A stretch of 64,000 nt of DNA from a virus, in IMG/VR virus record IMGVR_UViG_3300026097_000015, positions 1 to 64,000 of that record. One strand, written 5' to 3'. Below the pieces are notes generated by a model. That model was given only the letters and a program-made list of their open reading frames with translations. It searched no databases and had not been told where the DNA came from. Of the stretch, positions 1 to 11,000 are shown piece by piece. Position numbers and translations under genes: made by a program. Position 1 is the first letter of the stretch. Every line of letters begins with the position of its first letter.

Positions 1-111
1 GAGTATGTGCCCAAGAAGGACACAGTCGAGTACACCGTATTCGTTCGCTTCGGTATTCAGTGGGAGGAAGAGGATGCAGTAGCATATGCAGACGCAGCTG
101 CTGACAGCTAA
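1..111 (+). CDS. Major capsid protein, C-terminal fragment (5' part outside window)
   Basis: Frame 1 reads EYVPKKDTVEYTVFVRFGIQWEEEDAVAYADAAADS*, an HK97-fold capsid-like C-terminus. It is followed by a terminator and head-tail genes. Confidence 0.8.
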   Translation, partial: EYVPKKDTVEYTVFVRFGIQWEEEDAVAYADAAADS

Positions 112-129
112 TCCCTGATCACATGTACT

Positions 130-169
130 AGAGGGGCAGGGCACATTCGCCCTGTCCCTCTTTACATTT
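130..169 (+). terminator. Intrinsic terminator after the capsid gene
   Basis: AGAGGGGCAGGGC-acattc-GCCCTGTCCCTCT stem followed by TTACATTT. Confidence 0.75.
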
Positions 170-170
170 C

Positions 171-179
171 TGGTATAAT
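171..179 (+). promoter_or_regulatory. Extended -10 promoter element (TGnTATAAT)
   Basis: TGGTATAAT upstream of an AAGGAG RBS and ATG 198; the same motif recurs before many genes. Confidence 0.65.
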
Positions 180-197
180 TTAATAAGAAGGAGTGTC

Positions 198-593
198 ATG
201 ACAGAGACAAACAAAAGCAAAAAAACAAGCACGGGTAAGACTAATGCCAAAGAAACAAAGTCAGATGATAGCCTAATCACTGCTGCTTCAAAAAGAAAAA
301 CACCAAAAACAGAAAAAGACGTTTTGGGCCACACAGAGTCTGGAGCAATCGGAACAGCCAAGCAAGAGATAAAGCCTAAAAAGGTAGCTTCAAGTACAGG
401 AAAAGCTTCAGCAAAAAAGAAAGCTCCAACAGTAGCAGTTTACTCTGAAAAGAATGTAAGCTGGTCAGGGGTTGGAAAAGTATATAGAGGTTATAATATC
501 GTAACCCAGGAACAGGCAGACAAATGGTTAACTCGTAATCATTGTCGTCTAGCTACTCCAGAAGAAGTAGCACAGGAGTTTGGAGAAGGTTAA
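198..593 (+). CDS. Hypothetical Lys-rich virion-module protein
   Basis: ORF with RBS, low-complexity K/T/S N-terminus and compact C-terminal domain; lies between capsid and adaptor genes. Confidence 0.75.
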   Translation: MTETNKSKKTSTGKTNAKETKSDDSLITAASKRKTPKTEKDVLGHTESGAIGTAKQEIKPKKVASSTGKASAKKKAPTVAVYSEKNVSWSGVGKVYRGYNIVTQEQADKWLTRNHCRLATPEEVAQEFGEG

Positions 594-597
594 TTAA

Positions 598-1476
598 ATG
601 CAAAAATTAAGAGTGGCACCCTATGACTTGTCTGTAACCTTGGAGGTATCATCTCCAAATACAGAGTATGACTATACTATTACAGACTTGTCAGACAAAT
701 CTGTGCTATCTCTTAGCGTAAACTCTAATACAGACTCTCAGGTAGAAATACCTCTGTCTGCAGAGTTTGATACAAATTATTTAATCGAAATCGACGGAGA
801 AGAAGCTGAGGTTGAGGTAGTAAGACCATACGTAGACCCCAACAGCATGGCGACCTCTTCCTCGGATATATCTGCCTACACTAAGAACGAAGAGCTTGCA
901 AGAGCGGTGATTGATTCCATAATCACCGAAGGATTTTATTATAAGAAACACGTATTGCAGACCTCGGGTCTTGGTGCAGATTTTTTACCACTATGGTCAA
1001 ATGCCAAGAAAATTTTGAGGGTATACGAAAACAATGTTTTAATCTATGACTCAGTAGACCCAGATAGCTATGATAGAGCTTTCGAGATAACAGCAGATAA
1101 AACAGCTATTACAGAAACATCGCCAGGACTAAGAAACAGAAGAGAAGGTGCTGCCGTACAGCTACCCTCAGCTGGCTCTGACTGGCTAGACATAAAATAC
1201 ACCTTTACAGGATTTCCCAAAACCTATGACTATATTATAGTTTTCGAAGAAGGCTATCGCAATGTACCTTCAGATATTCAAAGAGCGACAGAGCTTTTGG
1301 TAGAAGACATCGCATGCGGTAAGCTTGATTATTTCAAGAGATATGTAACTCAATACGATAACGATCAGTTTAAGATTAAGTTTGATGGTAAAACATTTGA
1401 GGGTACGGGAAACATTGTTGTAGATAAAATATTGTCTAAATATGCAAGGGGTATAAGAACTCTAGGAGTCTTATAA
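598..1476 (+). CDS. Putative head-to-tail adaptor
   Basis: Position; C-terminal GYRNVPSDIQRATELL and TGNIVVDKILSKY motifs typical of adaptors. Confidence 0.65.
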   Translation: MQKLRVAPYDLSVTLEVSSPNTEYDYTITDLSDKSVLSLSVNSNTDSQVEIPLSAEFDTNYLIEIDGEEAEVEVVRPYVDPNSMATSSSDISAYTKNEELARAVIDSIITEGFYYKKHVLQTSGLGADFLPLWSNAKKILRVYENNVLIYDSVDPDSYDRAFEITADKTAITETSPGLRNRREGAAVQLPSAGSDWLDIKYTFTGFPKTYDYIIVFEEGYRNVPSDIQRATELLVEDIACGKLDYFKRYVTQYDNDQFKIKFDGKTFEGTGNIVVDKILSKYARGIRTLGVL

Positions 1477-1922
1477 TGGACTGTAATACTAATGACTACC
1501 TATTCCCCATGGTCATTGATATTTATTATCCTATAACTGACGTAGGTCCATACGGTAACTCTAATCGTCAATGGATTTTTGACAAGAGTGTCCCCTGCCA
1601 CATTCTTCCCGCAGGGTCTAACTCAAAAGAAGAGATAAGGCCAGATATTTTAATAACTCAGGATACCTTGCTGACAGGTAGAGTAAAAAGCGATATCAGG
1701 ATCTCTAGCAGGAATGAGCCAAACGCAATTACAAATATTTTGCTCACCAACTTAAGAGATGCCGAATGCAATGAACTTTATGTTGAGACCTCTGGGCCTA
1801 GGACAGGAAAGTCCACAATATTTGAGGCAGCCACTCAACAACCTTACCTGGGAGCATTTGGCGGAATTGAATTTTACAAAGTAGTTTTGAGAAGATCAGA
1901 GAATCAGGCAACGGACGTATAA
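1476..1922 (+). CDS. Putative head closure (stopper) protein
   Basis: Synteny, size and beta-rich sequence; TAATG coupling to the adaptor. Confidence 0.55.
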   Translation: MDCNTNDYLFPMVIDIYYPITDVGPYGNSNRQWIFDKSVPCHILPAGSNSKEEIRPDILITQDTLLTGRVKSDIRISSRNEPNAITNILLTNLRDAECNELYVETSGPRTGKSTIFEAATQQPYLGAFGGIEFYKVVLRRSENQATDV

Positions 1923-1923
1923 G

Positions 1924-2601
1924 ATGCTAAGGGTACAGTTTGATGATGGACAGTTTGCAAGAGAGATGAATAATATCGTAAAGTATGCCACAGGCTTCTT
2001 GGAGGGTGCTCAAGCAGGAAAAACTCAGCTATTTCATTTGATAGCAAACGAAACTATTGAGCTTGTGAAGCAGTACATTGACTCCTCAGCCAGAACAAAC
2101 CCAGCAGCATTGCATCACGTTTATGAATGGTATCAAACGGGAAGTCCAGATGCCAGACTTTTTGATATAGATTACACAGTTAGTAATCTTGGCCTATCTT
2201 TTAGGTCTACGTTCTCTCAATCTATTAGCATAAAGAACGGATCGAATGTTCCCTTTTTCGATAAAGCTAGGCTAATGGAAGAAGGAACCCCTGTAGTAAT
2301 TAGGCCTAAGAATTCTCAAGTCCTTGTCTTTAACGACGAGGGGCAGGAGGTCTTCACCAAGAAGCCAGTAACAATAGAAAAACCTGGAGGAAATACTGAT
2401 GGAGAGTTTGAAAGAGCTTTCGACTTATTCTTCGCATCATACTTTTCTCAAGCTTATTTAAGGTCAAGCGGAATCATGGACTTTATTCAATCTCCAGTGG
2501 CTTTTAAAAATAACATGCGAGCAGGCAAGCGAGGTGGAAAGGCCAAAGGGTATCAGACAGGGTATAGATGGATAGCTAGTGGAGGAATGAATAAAAATTG
2601 A
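1924..2601 (+). CDS. Putative neck/tail completion protein
   Basis: Synteny; EEGTPVVIRPKNSQVLVF...V.KPG motif resembling HK97 gp10-like proteins. Confidence 0.5.
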   Translation: MLRVQFDDGQFAREMNNIVKYATGFLEGAQAGKTQLFHLIANETIELVKQYIDSSARTNPAALHHVYEWYQTGSPDARLFDIDYTVSNLGLSFRSTFSQSISIKNGSNVPFFDKARLMEEGTPVVIRPKNSQVLVFNDEGQEVFTKKPVTIEKPGGNTDGEFERAFDLFFASYFSQAYLRSSGIMDFIQSPVAFKNNMRAGKRGGKAKGYQTGYRWIASGGMNKN

Positions 2602-3146
2602 CAGTAATTAATACACCAATACTTTGGATTAACGAGTATCTTAAAGAAAAGATAAGTGAAGACGTATTTGGTTCTACAAATGCAGTTCCCTTCTTGCCAA
2701 CTGGGCCTTCGATCATTAATGCTATAACTGAGCAGTTTGTCAGCAATGAAGAGGAAGTGATTGCCGTCTACGATAGAATGTTTCGTAAAAGAAAAAGAGC
2801 ATTTCCTCACATAAAATGTGAACAAGTTTTGTATTATTTCTATGCAAACGGCAGCAACGACAAGCTTAATATGATTAAGATTCAAGAAGCAGTAATGCGA
2901 ACAATGGATAACGAAGATGAAACTGCCGAAGACCTAAACAAATGGGCAGCTCAAAAGGGTTCTATAACCTTTAATGACTATGTCAATGGAGTCCCTCAGA
3001 CAGTCACAGTGACCCCTGATTTCTACTTTCACGGATTTAAAATTTATCATTTAGAAGAAGCTAGGGATATCATTGATTTTGGAACCGCAAGAACTTTTGC
3101 GGCAAACAAAATAATTATTGACTATGATTATCATAGAATAGATTAA
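2598..3146 (+). CDS. Putative tail terminator
   Basis: Immediately precedes the major tail gene; TTGA overlap with the upstream ORF. Confidence 0.5.
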   Translation: MTVINTPILWINEYLKEKISEDVFGSTNAVPFLPTGPSIINAITEQFVSNEEEVIAVYDRMFRKRKRAFPHIKCEQVLYYFYANGSNDKLNMIKIQEAVMRTMDNEDETAEDLNKWAAQKGSITFNDYVNGVPQTVTVTPDFYFHGFKIYHLEEARDIIDFGTARTFAANKIIIDYDYHRID

Positions 3147-3227
3147 TTGTAAAAAATACAAAAACTAATGATATAATTGCATTGAGGAAACACGCCTACT
3201 TACTATATAGAAAAAAGAGGTGAAAAA

Positions 3228-3863
3228 ATGGCATATACACGTGGTTCGAGTGCTAACATTATTGTTGGTGCAGCAGCACTATTTGCATATGAGCCTGTCG
3301 CAGGAGCTTCCGAGCTTACAGACAGCGACCTGCCCGACTACGTTGACGGAACATCATTCAAGGACACCTTGGATGACGACGCAGACTTCCGCAATGTTGG
3401 TTACACCATGAATGGTTTGGAAGTTGTTTTCCAGCCAGACTTTGGTGAGGTACAGGTAGATCAGCTTCTTGACGTTGCAAAGCTTTACAAGCAGGGCATG
3501 CAGGTAAACCTAAACACTGGTTTTGCTGAGTCAACCCTGGAGAACCTATTGTTCTCTATTGCTGGCAAGGACGAGGACTTGGAAACAGTATCAGGTAACC
3601 CATCACTTAACCTGTCCGCAGGTGACATCGGTGAGGTTCCAGTCGAGCGTGGCCTAGTTGCAGTTGGCCCAGGCTCAGGAGATGCTACACTTTCAGAAAA
3701 CTTGGAGCGTATTTATGTTGCGTTCCGTGCACTCTCAATTGAGAATGTTACAGTTTCTGCAAAGCGTGACGAGCCTACAATGTACGAAGTTTCATTCCGT
3801 TTGCTTCCAAACGATACAGCTTCATACGGTAAAATTGTAGACCGTACAATCACAGCTAGCTAA
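3228..3863 (+). CDS. Major tail (tube) protein
   Basis: NIIVGAAALF, VGYTMNGLEV, VQVDQLLD and ESTLENL motifs of siphovirus tail tubes; own TGATATAAT (3169), strong RBS and downstream terminator. Confidence 0.85.
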   Translation: MAYTRGSSANIIVGAAALFAYEPVAGASELTDSDLPDYVDGTSFKDTLDDDADFRNVGYTMNGLEVVFQPDFGEVQVDQLLDVAKLYKQGMQVNLNTGFAESTLENLLFSIAGKDEDLETVSGNPSLNLSAGDIGEVPVERGLVAVGPGSGDATLSENLERIYVAFRALSIENVTVSAKRDEPTMYEVSFRLLPNDTASYGKIVDRTITAS

Positions 3864-3881
3864 TTTTTAGTTAACAGTCTT

Positions 3882-3909
3882 AAACCGCCCCCCAAGTGGG
3901 GCGGTTTTT
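3882..3909 (+). terminator. Intrinsic terminator after the major tail gene
   Basis: AAACCGCCCC-ccaagt-GGGGCGGTTTTT. Confidence 0.85.
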
Positions 3910-3923
3910 GCTATAATGGGGTA

Positions 3924-4601
3924 ATGGCTACCAAGATCTACGATTCTGACTTTATCAATCTAGTCGACGGTACCGAATTGTATATTACACCATTAAAAAT
4001 TAAATTCTTAAGAGAGTTTATGGAAGAGTTTAATGCTGTAAAAGAATCTAAAGATGACGGCGAGGCTATCGGCTATTTAACGAGGTGTGCAAAAATATGC
4101 ATGAAGCAGTATTACCCCAAAATACAAACTATAGAAGAGCTAGAAGACTCAATAGATATGCCAACAATTTATAAAATATTAGATGTTGCTGCTGGAATTA
4201 AAATAAATGAAAACTCAGACGAAAAGGTAAAAGATCAGGCAACCGACAGCGGCTCTTCCTGGGAAGATTTGGATTTAGCCAGGCTAGAGTCTGAAGTGTT
4301 TTTACTCGGTATCTGGAAAGACTATGAGGAATTAGAAACATCCTTGTCTATGCCAGAGCTAATAGCCACTCTTGGATCAAAAAGAGAATTAGACTACGAA
4401 GAAAAAAAGTTTTTAGCAGCTATTCAGGGGGTAGATTTAGACAAAGAATCTGGAAAACAAGACGATTGGGAGAAAATGAAGGCGAGAGTCTTTAGTGGCG
4501 GAGCTACAGATAACCCTAATGACATCATGTCTTACCAGGGAAACAAGGCAGCAAAAGCGGGCTTTGGCATAGGCATGGGACTAGATTACGAACAAGTGTA
4601 G
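3924..4601 (+). CDS. Tail assembly chaperone, long form
   Basis: Between tail tube and tape measure; N-terminal ~100 aa are paralogous to 4666..4986. Confidence 0.7.
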   Translation: MATKIYDSDFINLVDGTELYITPLKIKFLREFMEEFNAVKESKDDGEAIGYLTRCAKICMKQYYPKIQTIEELEDSIDMPTIYKILDVAAGIKINENSDEKVKDQATDSGSSWEDLDLARLESEVFLLGIWKDYEELETSLSMPELIATLGSKRELDYEEKKFLAAIQGVDLDKESGKQDDWEKMKARVFSGGATDNPNDIMSYQGNKAAKAGFGIGMGLDYEQV

Positions 4602-4665
4602 TAAAATACGGACCCTTTGTGATATAATTGTATAGGTCTAGTTCGGACCACAAGAGAGGAAAATA

Positions 4666-4986
4666 ATGGCGACAACAGTCAACGAAAAGAAAACAGTCAC
4701 ACTTATTGATGGCACTAAGGTTGAGGTTCGTCCACTAAAAATATCCCTTCTTCGTGAATTCATGAAGAGGTTTGAGGGCATTGCTGCGGTGGCGGAAGAT
4801 AACGATAAGTCAATGAATCTGCTTATGGAGTGTGTACAAATCGCTATGCGTCAGTACAAGCCTGAGCTTGCAGATGACAAGGAAGGCCTAGAAGAAAACC
4901 TAGACCTTCCAACTGTTTACAAGATTGTCGAGGAAGCATCTGGAATTAATATGAGCCAGACTCCTGTCGGCAACCTTGGCAAATAA
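4666..4986 (+). CDS. Tail assembly chaperone, short form
   Basis: Directly upstream of the tape measure; shares DGT...PLKI..LREFM..F and D.PT.YKI...A.GI with the previous ORF. Confidence 0.75.
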   Translation: MATTVNEKKTVTLIDGTKVEVRPLKISLLREFMKRFEGIAAVAEDNDKSMNLLMECVQIAMRQYKPELADDKEGLEENLDLPTVYKIVEEASGINMSQTPVGNLGK

Positions 4987-5005
4987 CTCAAAGAGGTGCT
5001 AGCGA

Positions 5006-8000
5006 ATGGCTGATATTCAGTCAAACATTAATATAAATGTAGACACTACGAATGCTACAGCGGCAATTCGTAATCTACAGGCTCAGATATCAGCATTCCA
5101 TCAGCAAATGCAGAAGTCGGGGTCTGCGGCAAATGCCGCAACCTCGGCTAACATGCAGCGTAACTTAATAAACTCTGTCAACGCTACCAAAAAATTCTCT
5201 GCCTCTATGGCAACGGTAAGCACACAAACAGAATCTTTTACAAATTCCTTAGAAAAAAACAAGCTGTCCATGGGGCAGTACTTCAGATATGCAGGGGCAT
5301 CTACCAGATCCTTCGGACGCCTATTTAAGAGCGAGTTCAATACAATCAGCCAAGTTGCTGAGTCTCGTGTAAGAACTTTACAAACTCAATATGTCAAGAT
5401 GGGCCGTGACGCCAGCGGTGCCATGAAGGCACTTAAGGTCAGGCCCCTGTCCCTTGATATGCAAAACCTGTCTACTCAGACAATGGTGGCTGCACAAAAA
5501 CAACAAATTTTTAATCAACTGTTAAGGCAAGGATCTACAAACCTTCTAAACTTCGGTAAAAATACTCAGTGGGCTGGTCGACAGCTAATGGTCGGATTCA
5601 CCATCCCCTTGGGCATTATGGGAATGACTGCTGTAAAGGAATTCCAGAAAATTGAAGAACAGGTTATTAAGCTAAAGCGTGTCTATGGGGACATGTTTAC
5701 CACAAACGCAGAGACTGACAGGGCGGTAGAGCAAGTTAGAATGCTTGCTGAAGAATTTACCAAGTATGGTATTGCCGTAGAGTCGACAATTGGCCTAGCG
5801 GCTAGCGTAGCCCAAATGGGTAACGTTGGTGCAGACATGGTTAATCAGGTTACAGAAGCCACAAAGCTTGCAGTTCTTGGAGGCATGGAACAAGAGAAGG
5901 CTCTTGACACAACCATCTCACTAACGAATGCTTTTGGAATTGCTACTGAAGACCTTACCGATAAAATTAACTTCCTGAACGCAGCAGAAAACCAAACAAT
6001 TCTTGCAATTGATGACTTTACTGAGGCCGTCCCTAAAGCTGGTGCTGTAGTCGCACAGCTCGGGGGAAGCGTAGAAGATCTTGCATTCTTTCTAACTGCT
6101 ATGAGGGAAGGTGGTGTTAATGCGTCGCAAGCGGCTAACGCCTTAAAGTCATCCCTAGCACGACTAGTTAACCCAACAGAAAAGGCTCAAGAAGACCTCA
6201 GGGCCTTGGGGATTGACGTTCTTTCAATTGTAGAAGGTAACGTCGGAGACCTTAAGGGAACTATTATGGACCTTGGGGTTGCCCTAGACGAACTGCAACC
6301 ACTTCAGCGTTCTCGGGCATTGGAAGAGCTTTTTGGTAAATTCCAGTTTGCAAGAATGTCTACACTGTTCAACAATATTGCCAGAGAAGGCTCTCAGGCT
6401 CAAGAGATCTTAAAACTAACAGGCAATACTGCGGCAGAGTTACAAATACTTGCTGATAGAGAGTTGTCTAGAGTAGAGGAATCTCCAGCTACGAAACTGC
6501 AAAAGCAGGTAGAAAAGCTGCAAGCCGCACTAGCTCCAATTGGGGCCGAGTTTATTAAGCTGGTTACTCCTATTGTAGAGTTTTTCACTAATTTACTTAA
6601 AAAGTTTAATGAAATGGACGACGGAGCAAAGTCTTTCGTAACTGGATTAATCACGGTCCTTGGGCTAATAGCCCCAGTAGCTATCATGACTTTCGGTCTA
6701 GTTGCCAACGGTATTGCAAACTTGATGAAAGCTTTTAACGCCTATCGGTCATTCCTACAAATTCTTAGTGGATCAAACAGAAGTGTGGTTACTAGCACTC
6801 AGTATATGACTCAAGAGCAGCTAGAGGCCGCATCTGTAGCCACAAATCTGGGTCAAGCCCATCAGCATTTGGCACAACAGTTTACGGTAGAAGCAAGTGC
6901 TTTAGAAAAGCTAAGAGCAGTATATCAAGCAGCGACACTAGAGATGCAAAGATATAATGCAGCCAGTGCCGTTGTTCCCGCACGAGCAGTAAGGCCACCA
7001 ATAGCAAGAGCTACGGGTTCTAGGAGAGCTTCTTCTCCAGGAGGGCCCTTAGGATTTAATAAGGGAACCTTAAATGTACCAGGCCCGAGGGGTGCAGGAG
7101 ACATTGTTCCAGCCGTACTCTCTCCAGGAGAGGCGGTTATTCCAGCAAGGCAATCTCAAAAATATTCAGGCTTTATTGAAGATATTATGAATGATCAGGT
7201 TCCAGGCATGATGTTCGGAGGATTTGCCAGCATGTTTGGGATGAGGGGAATGCTAGGCAGATCTAGAGTTGCCACAAGAATGAGCAGTGACGCTTTTAGA
7301 GGGTCTCTAAGGTCTGGAGATTTAAACTATAAGAGCGGATTTGCCACGGGAACTGGTGCAGACTTCACAGATCGCATGGGTAGGCCGATGAGAGAGCATC
7401 AGCTAATGCGTAGGCAGGCTGAGAAAAAACTTTATGGAACCCCCTTAGGAAGTAATGATCCTTCAATGCGTCCGACCTATGGATCGGTTGCGACTACTCC
7501 ATTACAAAGAATTTTAAACCTAATCTTTGGCGGAAGAAAAGGTCGTCAGTTTAATCAGGTCACCAACCCTATGGCATCAAATCTGGATCAGTATGGTGAC
7601 ATTTCCTTAATCGGTAAGAGAGGTATGAATCAGAGAGCCTCTACCTTTGTAGGCGATACGCTTCTAAAATATTCAAAGAATCCAGCATGGCTAAAGGGCA
7701 CGTCTCCAATGAAGGGGGCTACATCTAGTCAGCTAGGCACCGCAGGCTTTGATTCATTCAGCAAACCATTTGGAACAAACAGGACAGCTGACGGAGGAAC
7801 AAGCGTCAATTCCGCACCCTCTTACATTGAAGCTCAAACTATGGGTGGCTTTAACTATAGGGAAATAGATAAAATTGTTACCAGAGACCCAGCACTAAGA
7901 AAACAGCTTAAGGCTGAGCTAGGTGCAGCAGGTCTCGGAGGCGTCAGGGTTGGAGGCCCAGGATTTGTATCTAATCTATTAACAAAGCTGGGCGTTCCTG

Positions 8001-11000
8001 GATTTAAGAACGGTATATTTAGTGTGCCAGGTCCGATGGGGGCGGGGGACGTTGTCCCTTCAATGCTTTCTCCAGGAGAAGCAGTAATTCCCGCAGATAA
8101 GGCTAAGAAATATCGTGGCTTCATAAAGGCAATGATTTCTGACAATATCCCTGGATTTGAAGGAGGTATCGCAGACTTTGCCTCTGTTGACGGTAATTCC
8201 TCAGTCATGCCTTCTGGAAGAGCCATTCAGTCTACCAACCCAAGACAAGCATCTCAGTTATCCTCAGTAATTAATAAGCTATTAGAAGGTTTTAAGATGC
8301 TGGGATTCTCCGTTGAGCAGGCAGAACAAGAAATTCTTGAAATGGCTACTGCAGCAGAAAAAAACGGAAAAGTAACTGCCAAGAATTTTGAAGCACAGTC
8401 CAAAGGTTCAGGAGCAGATATTGCCTCCAACAATACGATAGCAGCTAGACGAAATGCTGGCAGGACTCCTTACGTAAAGGGTAATGAAGGGGCCGCTTCC
8501 CTTCACATGGGTGCACCGCAAGAGCTTACAGATATTGATAGACAAGAGCTTATAAAAGATCTTGAGTCCAAGGGGTATGGGGATGACGCAGCAACTAGAA
8601 AACTTAGAAGCAATCCAAGAGCTAAAGTAACAAGTGATGCAACTGTAATTGCTCCTGCAATTATGAATAAGTCTGGCAAGGTGACTGGAAAAGAAGCATC
8701 TAACATCATTTCCAGTGCCCCAGGAATGGCCACAGCAGACATAGCCGCAGCTAGTGGACTTGATTCAAGCGACGAAGTGCTTAGGCAAGCAGAGCAAAAC
8801 ATGCAAATGTATCTTTCAGAAATGGGAGATGAAATATTAACAGATACTCAGGTTTCAGATGCTCTTCGTAGAGCAATCGTAGACGCAGCAGATAGCGTGA
8901 AGGGCGAGTCTGGCAAAAAAGTTAAACAACAGCTTGATAATAAACGAATTATTGTCGGGGGAAGAGGAACAACTAAAGATAAGTTAGCAAGGGTTGGTCT
9001 TCCTCAGGGATACAATTTTACTACATCAAGCGGAAAGAACGTTACTGGCCCTGAACAGGGAGCGGGTACATACCTTAGTAGAAACACAAAGACAAGATTC
9101 CACGAGCAGGCAGAAGGCCTAACTGTTCAAACTGCTAAGAATAAACCTTCGATGGCAATGCGTTCAGCCGCAAAGCCTACCAGAAGAGCTAGCAGTCCAG
9201 CTAAAGACGCAAGCGGTGATGCAAAAGAATATTCAAATACTTTTAATAATGATGTAGAAAACAAGAGTAAAGATCCATACCAGCTTGCTAGAGACAATCG
9301 TAATAGCCCCCACCCTCAAGCAAAGAAGGATGGAGCAGATGACGCAAGAGCCTATAACAATTCTTATAGAAGAGCTTCGGGGTCTGCAGGAGGACCCCCT
9401 CCAGTGCCAAAGCCTCGAAGGGCAACCGCTCCAGCAGGACCAGTAAGCCCTAATGGAGTTCCTATAGCTCCAGGATATACTAGCCCTGTCGTACAACCAG
9501 CTAATGCTGCGACAGCAGCAGATAAATCTGGAAAAGGCTTTTTCTCTAAGTTTGGTGAAAAGGCTCGTGATGCTGGCAGCTCATTGGGTCGTAAAGCCAT
9601 AAGCACCCTAGAGAATAGCAGCGTTGGAAGAAAAATTGGTAGTCAGATGGCTGCGGCAGCAGGAAATACTCTGACAGACAGTCAAGGCAATATAATCTAT
9701 GACGCAAACACTGGAGAACAGTTTGATACTCAAGGTAACGTCGTAGCAACAGGGGGCACACCGCCTGCTCCAGGACAAAGCGGAGAAGTTTCTCAAGACG
9801 TAGCTATTGGGCCAGATGGAAACCCAATGGTAGACAAAAAAGGAAGACCGCTTTCCCAGAAAGATGCTACCAAACAGGCTCGCAAACTGGCTAGCAGGCA
9901 AAAGAGAGGCATGGTAGCAGGACGTCTGGGCGGAGCAATGGGATCAGCTTCAATGATGCTGGGAATGTCCTCAATGATGCCAGGAATGGGGGACAACCCT
10001 GTAATGAAAGCAATTCAAGGATTTATGCCTGCTCTCTTTGGGCTGTCAGCAGTTATACCCCTTCTGGCAGCCATGCCCTTACCAATTACAGCAGTTATCG
10101 CAGCTCTTGGAGCCCTAGCGTTTGGTCTTTACAAGTATAATGCAGATCTTAAAGAGTCAAGGGAAGCTGGCGTAGAATTAGGCAATGCACTTACAATAAC
10201 TTCCGATAAGCTAATCGAAATGTCTAAGGCAACTGGTACTGTTAGTGCCACTGAGGCAAGAAAAAGAGCACAAGAAGACCAGGTAAGCGGAACCTCTGCT
10301 AGCCAGAGACAGTTCGGAATGAACTTCATGGAATCAGATGCTGGTAAGTCTATACTCTCTGAGATAGAGACTATCGCTACCAGTGGTCTGGGTCTCGAAG
10401 AAGCATCAGAGTCTATAGGCAGACAACTTTCTATGGCAGTTTATCAAGGAATCCTGTCTCCAGAAGAAGCAAATAGCGTTATCGCTGCACTCGGTGCAGA
10501 AATGGATGATTATCAATTTTCTGCAGACATACAGGGGCAACTGATATCTCTGATTGGCCCCAACGGAAAAGACATAACTGAAGAGCCTTTGGATGTTGCT
10601 TTGGCAATTCAGGAATCTGGGGCCGATCAAGTAGAAAGCTTCGCCTCCATGGTAGAAACCAGGCTTTCTCAAGACTTTGATCTATTTGATAGTTTGATTG
10701 ACGATGCGGACGTGTCTAAAAAGTTTGAAGAGCTTTCTCCTGAAGTTCAGGCAGAAGTAAAGTTTAGAGCAGATCTAGAGCAGCAATACGGAGATGGCGG
10801 CTTCGGCAGAATATTTGCGGGTTTCCAAGGATTCTTGATGGACAATGCCATTTTTGGCGGAGATTTACTAAGGTCCAGTGAGGGTGTTTACACACAGGCT
10901 AAAAAGTTTGTAGAAGAAGCATCTGTACTGACTGATCCAGTTAAATTACAGTCTGCGGCTGTCCAGGTAGGAATAGGTCAGGTCTCTGAAAATCAGCAAG

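Noticed and set aside
4900-5010. Programmed frameshift in the tail chaperone genes
   Set aside because: No convincing slippery heptamer before the short chaperone's stop and no room for an extension before the tape measure; the long form is a separate gene.
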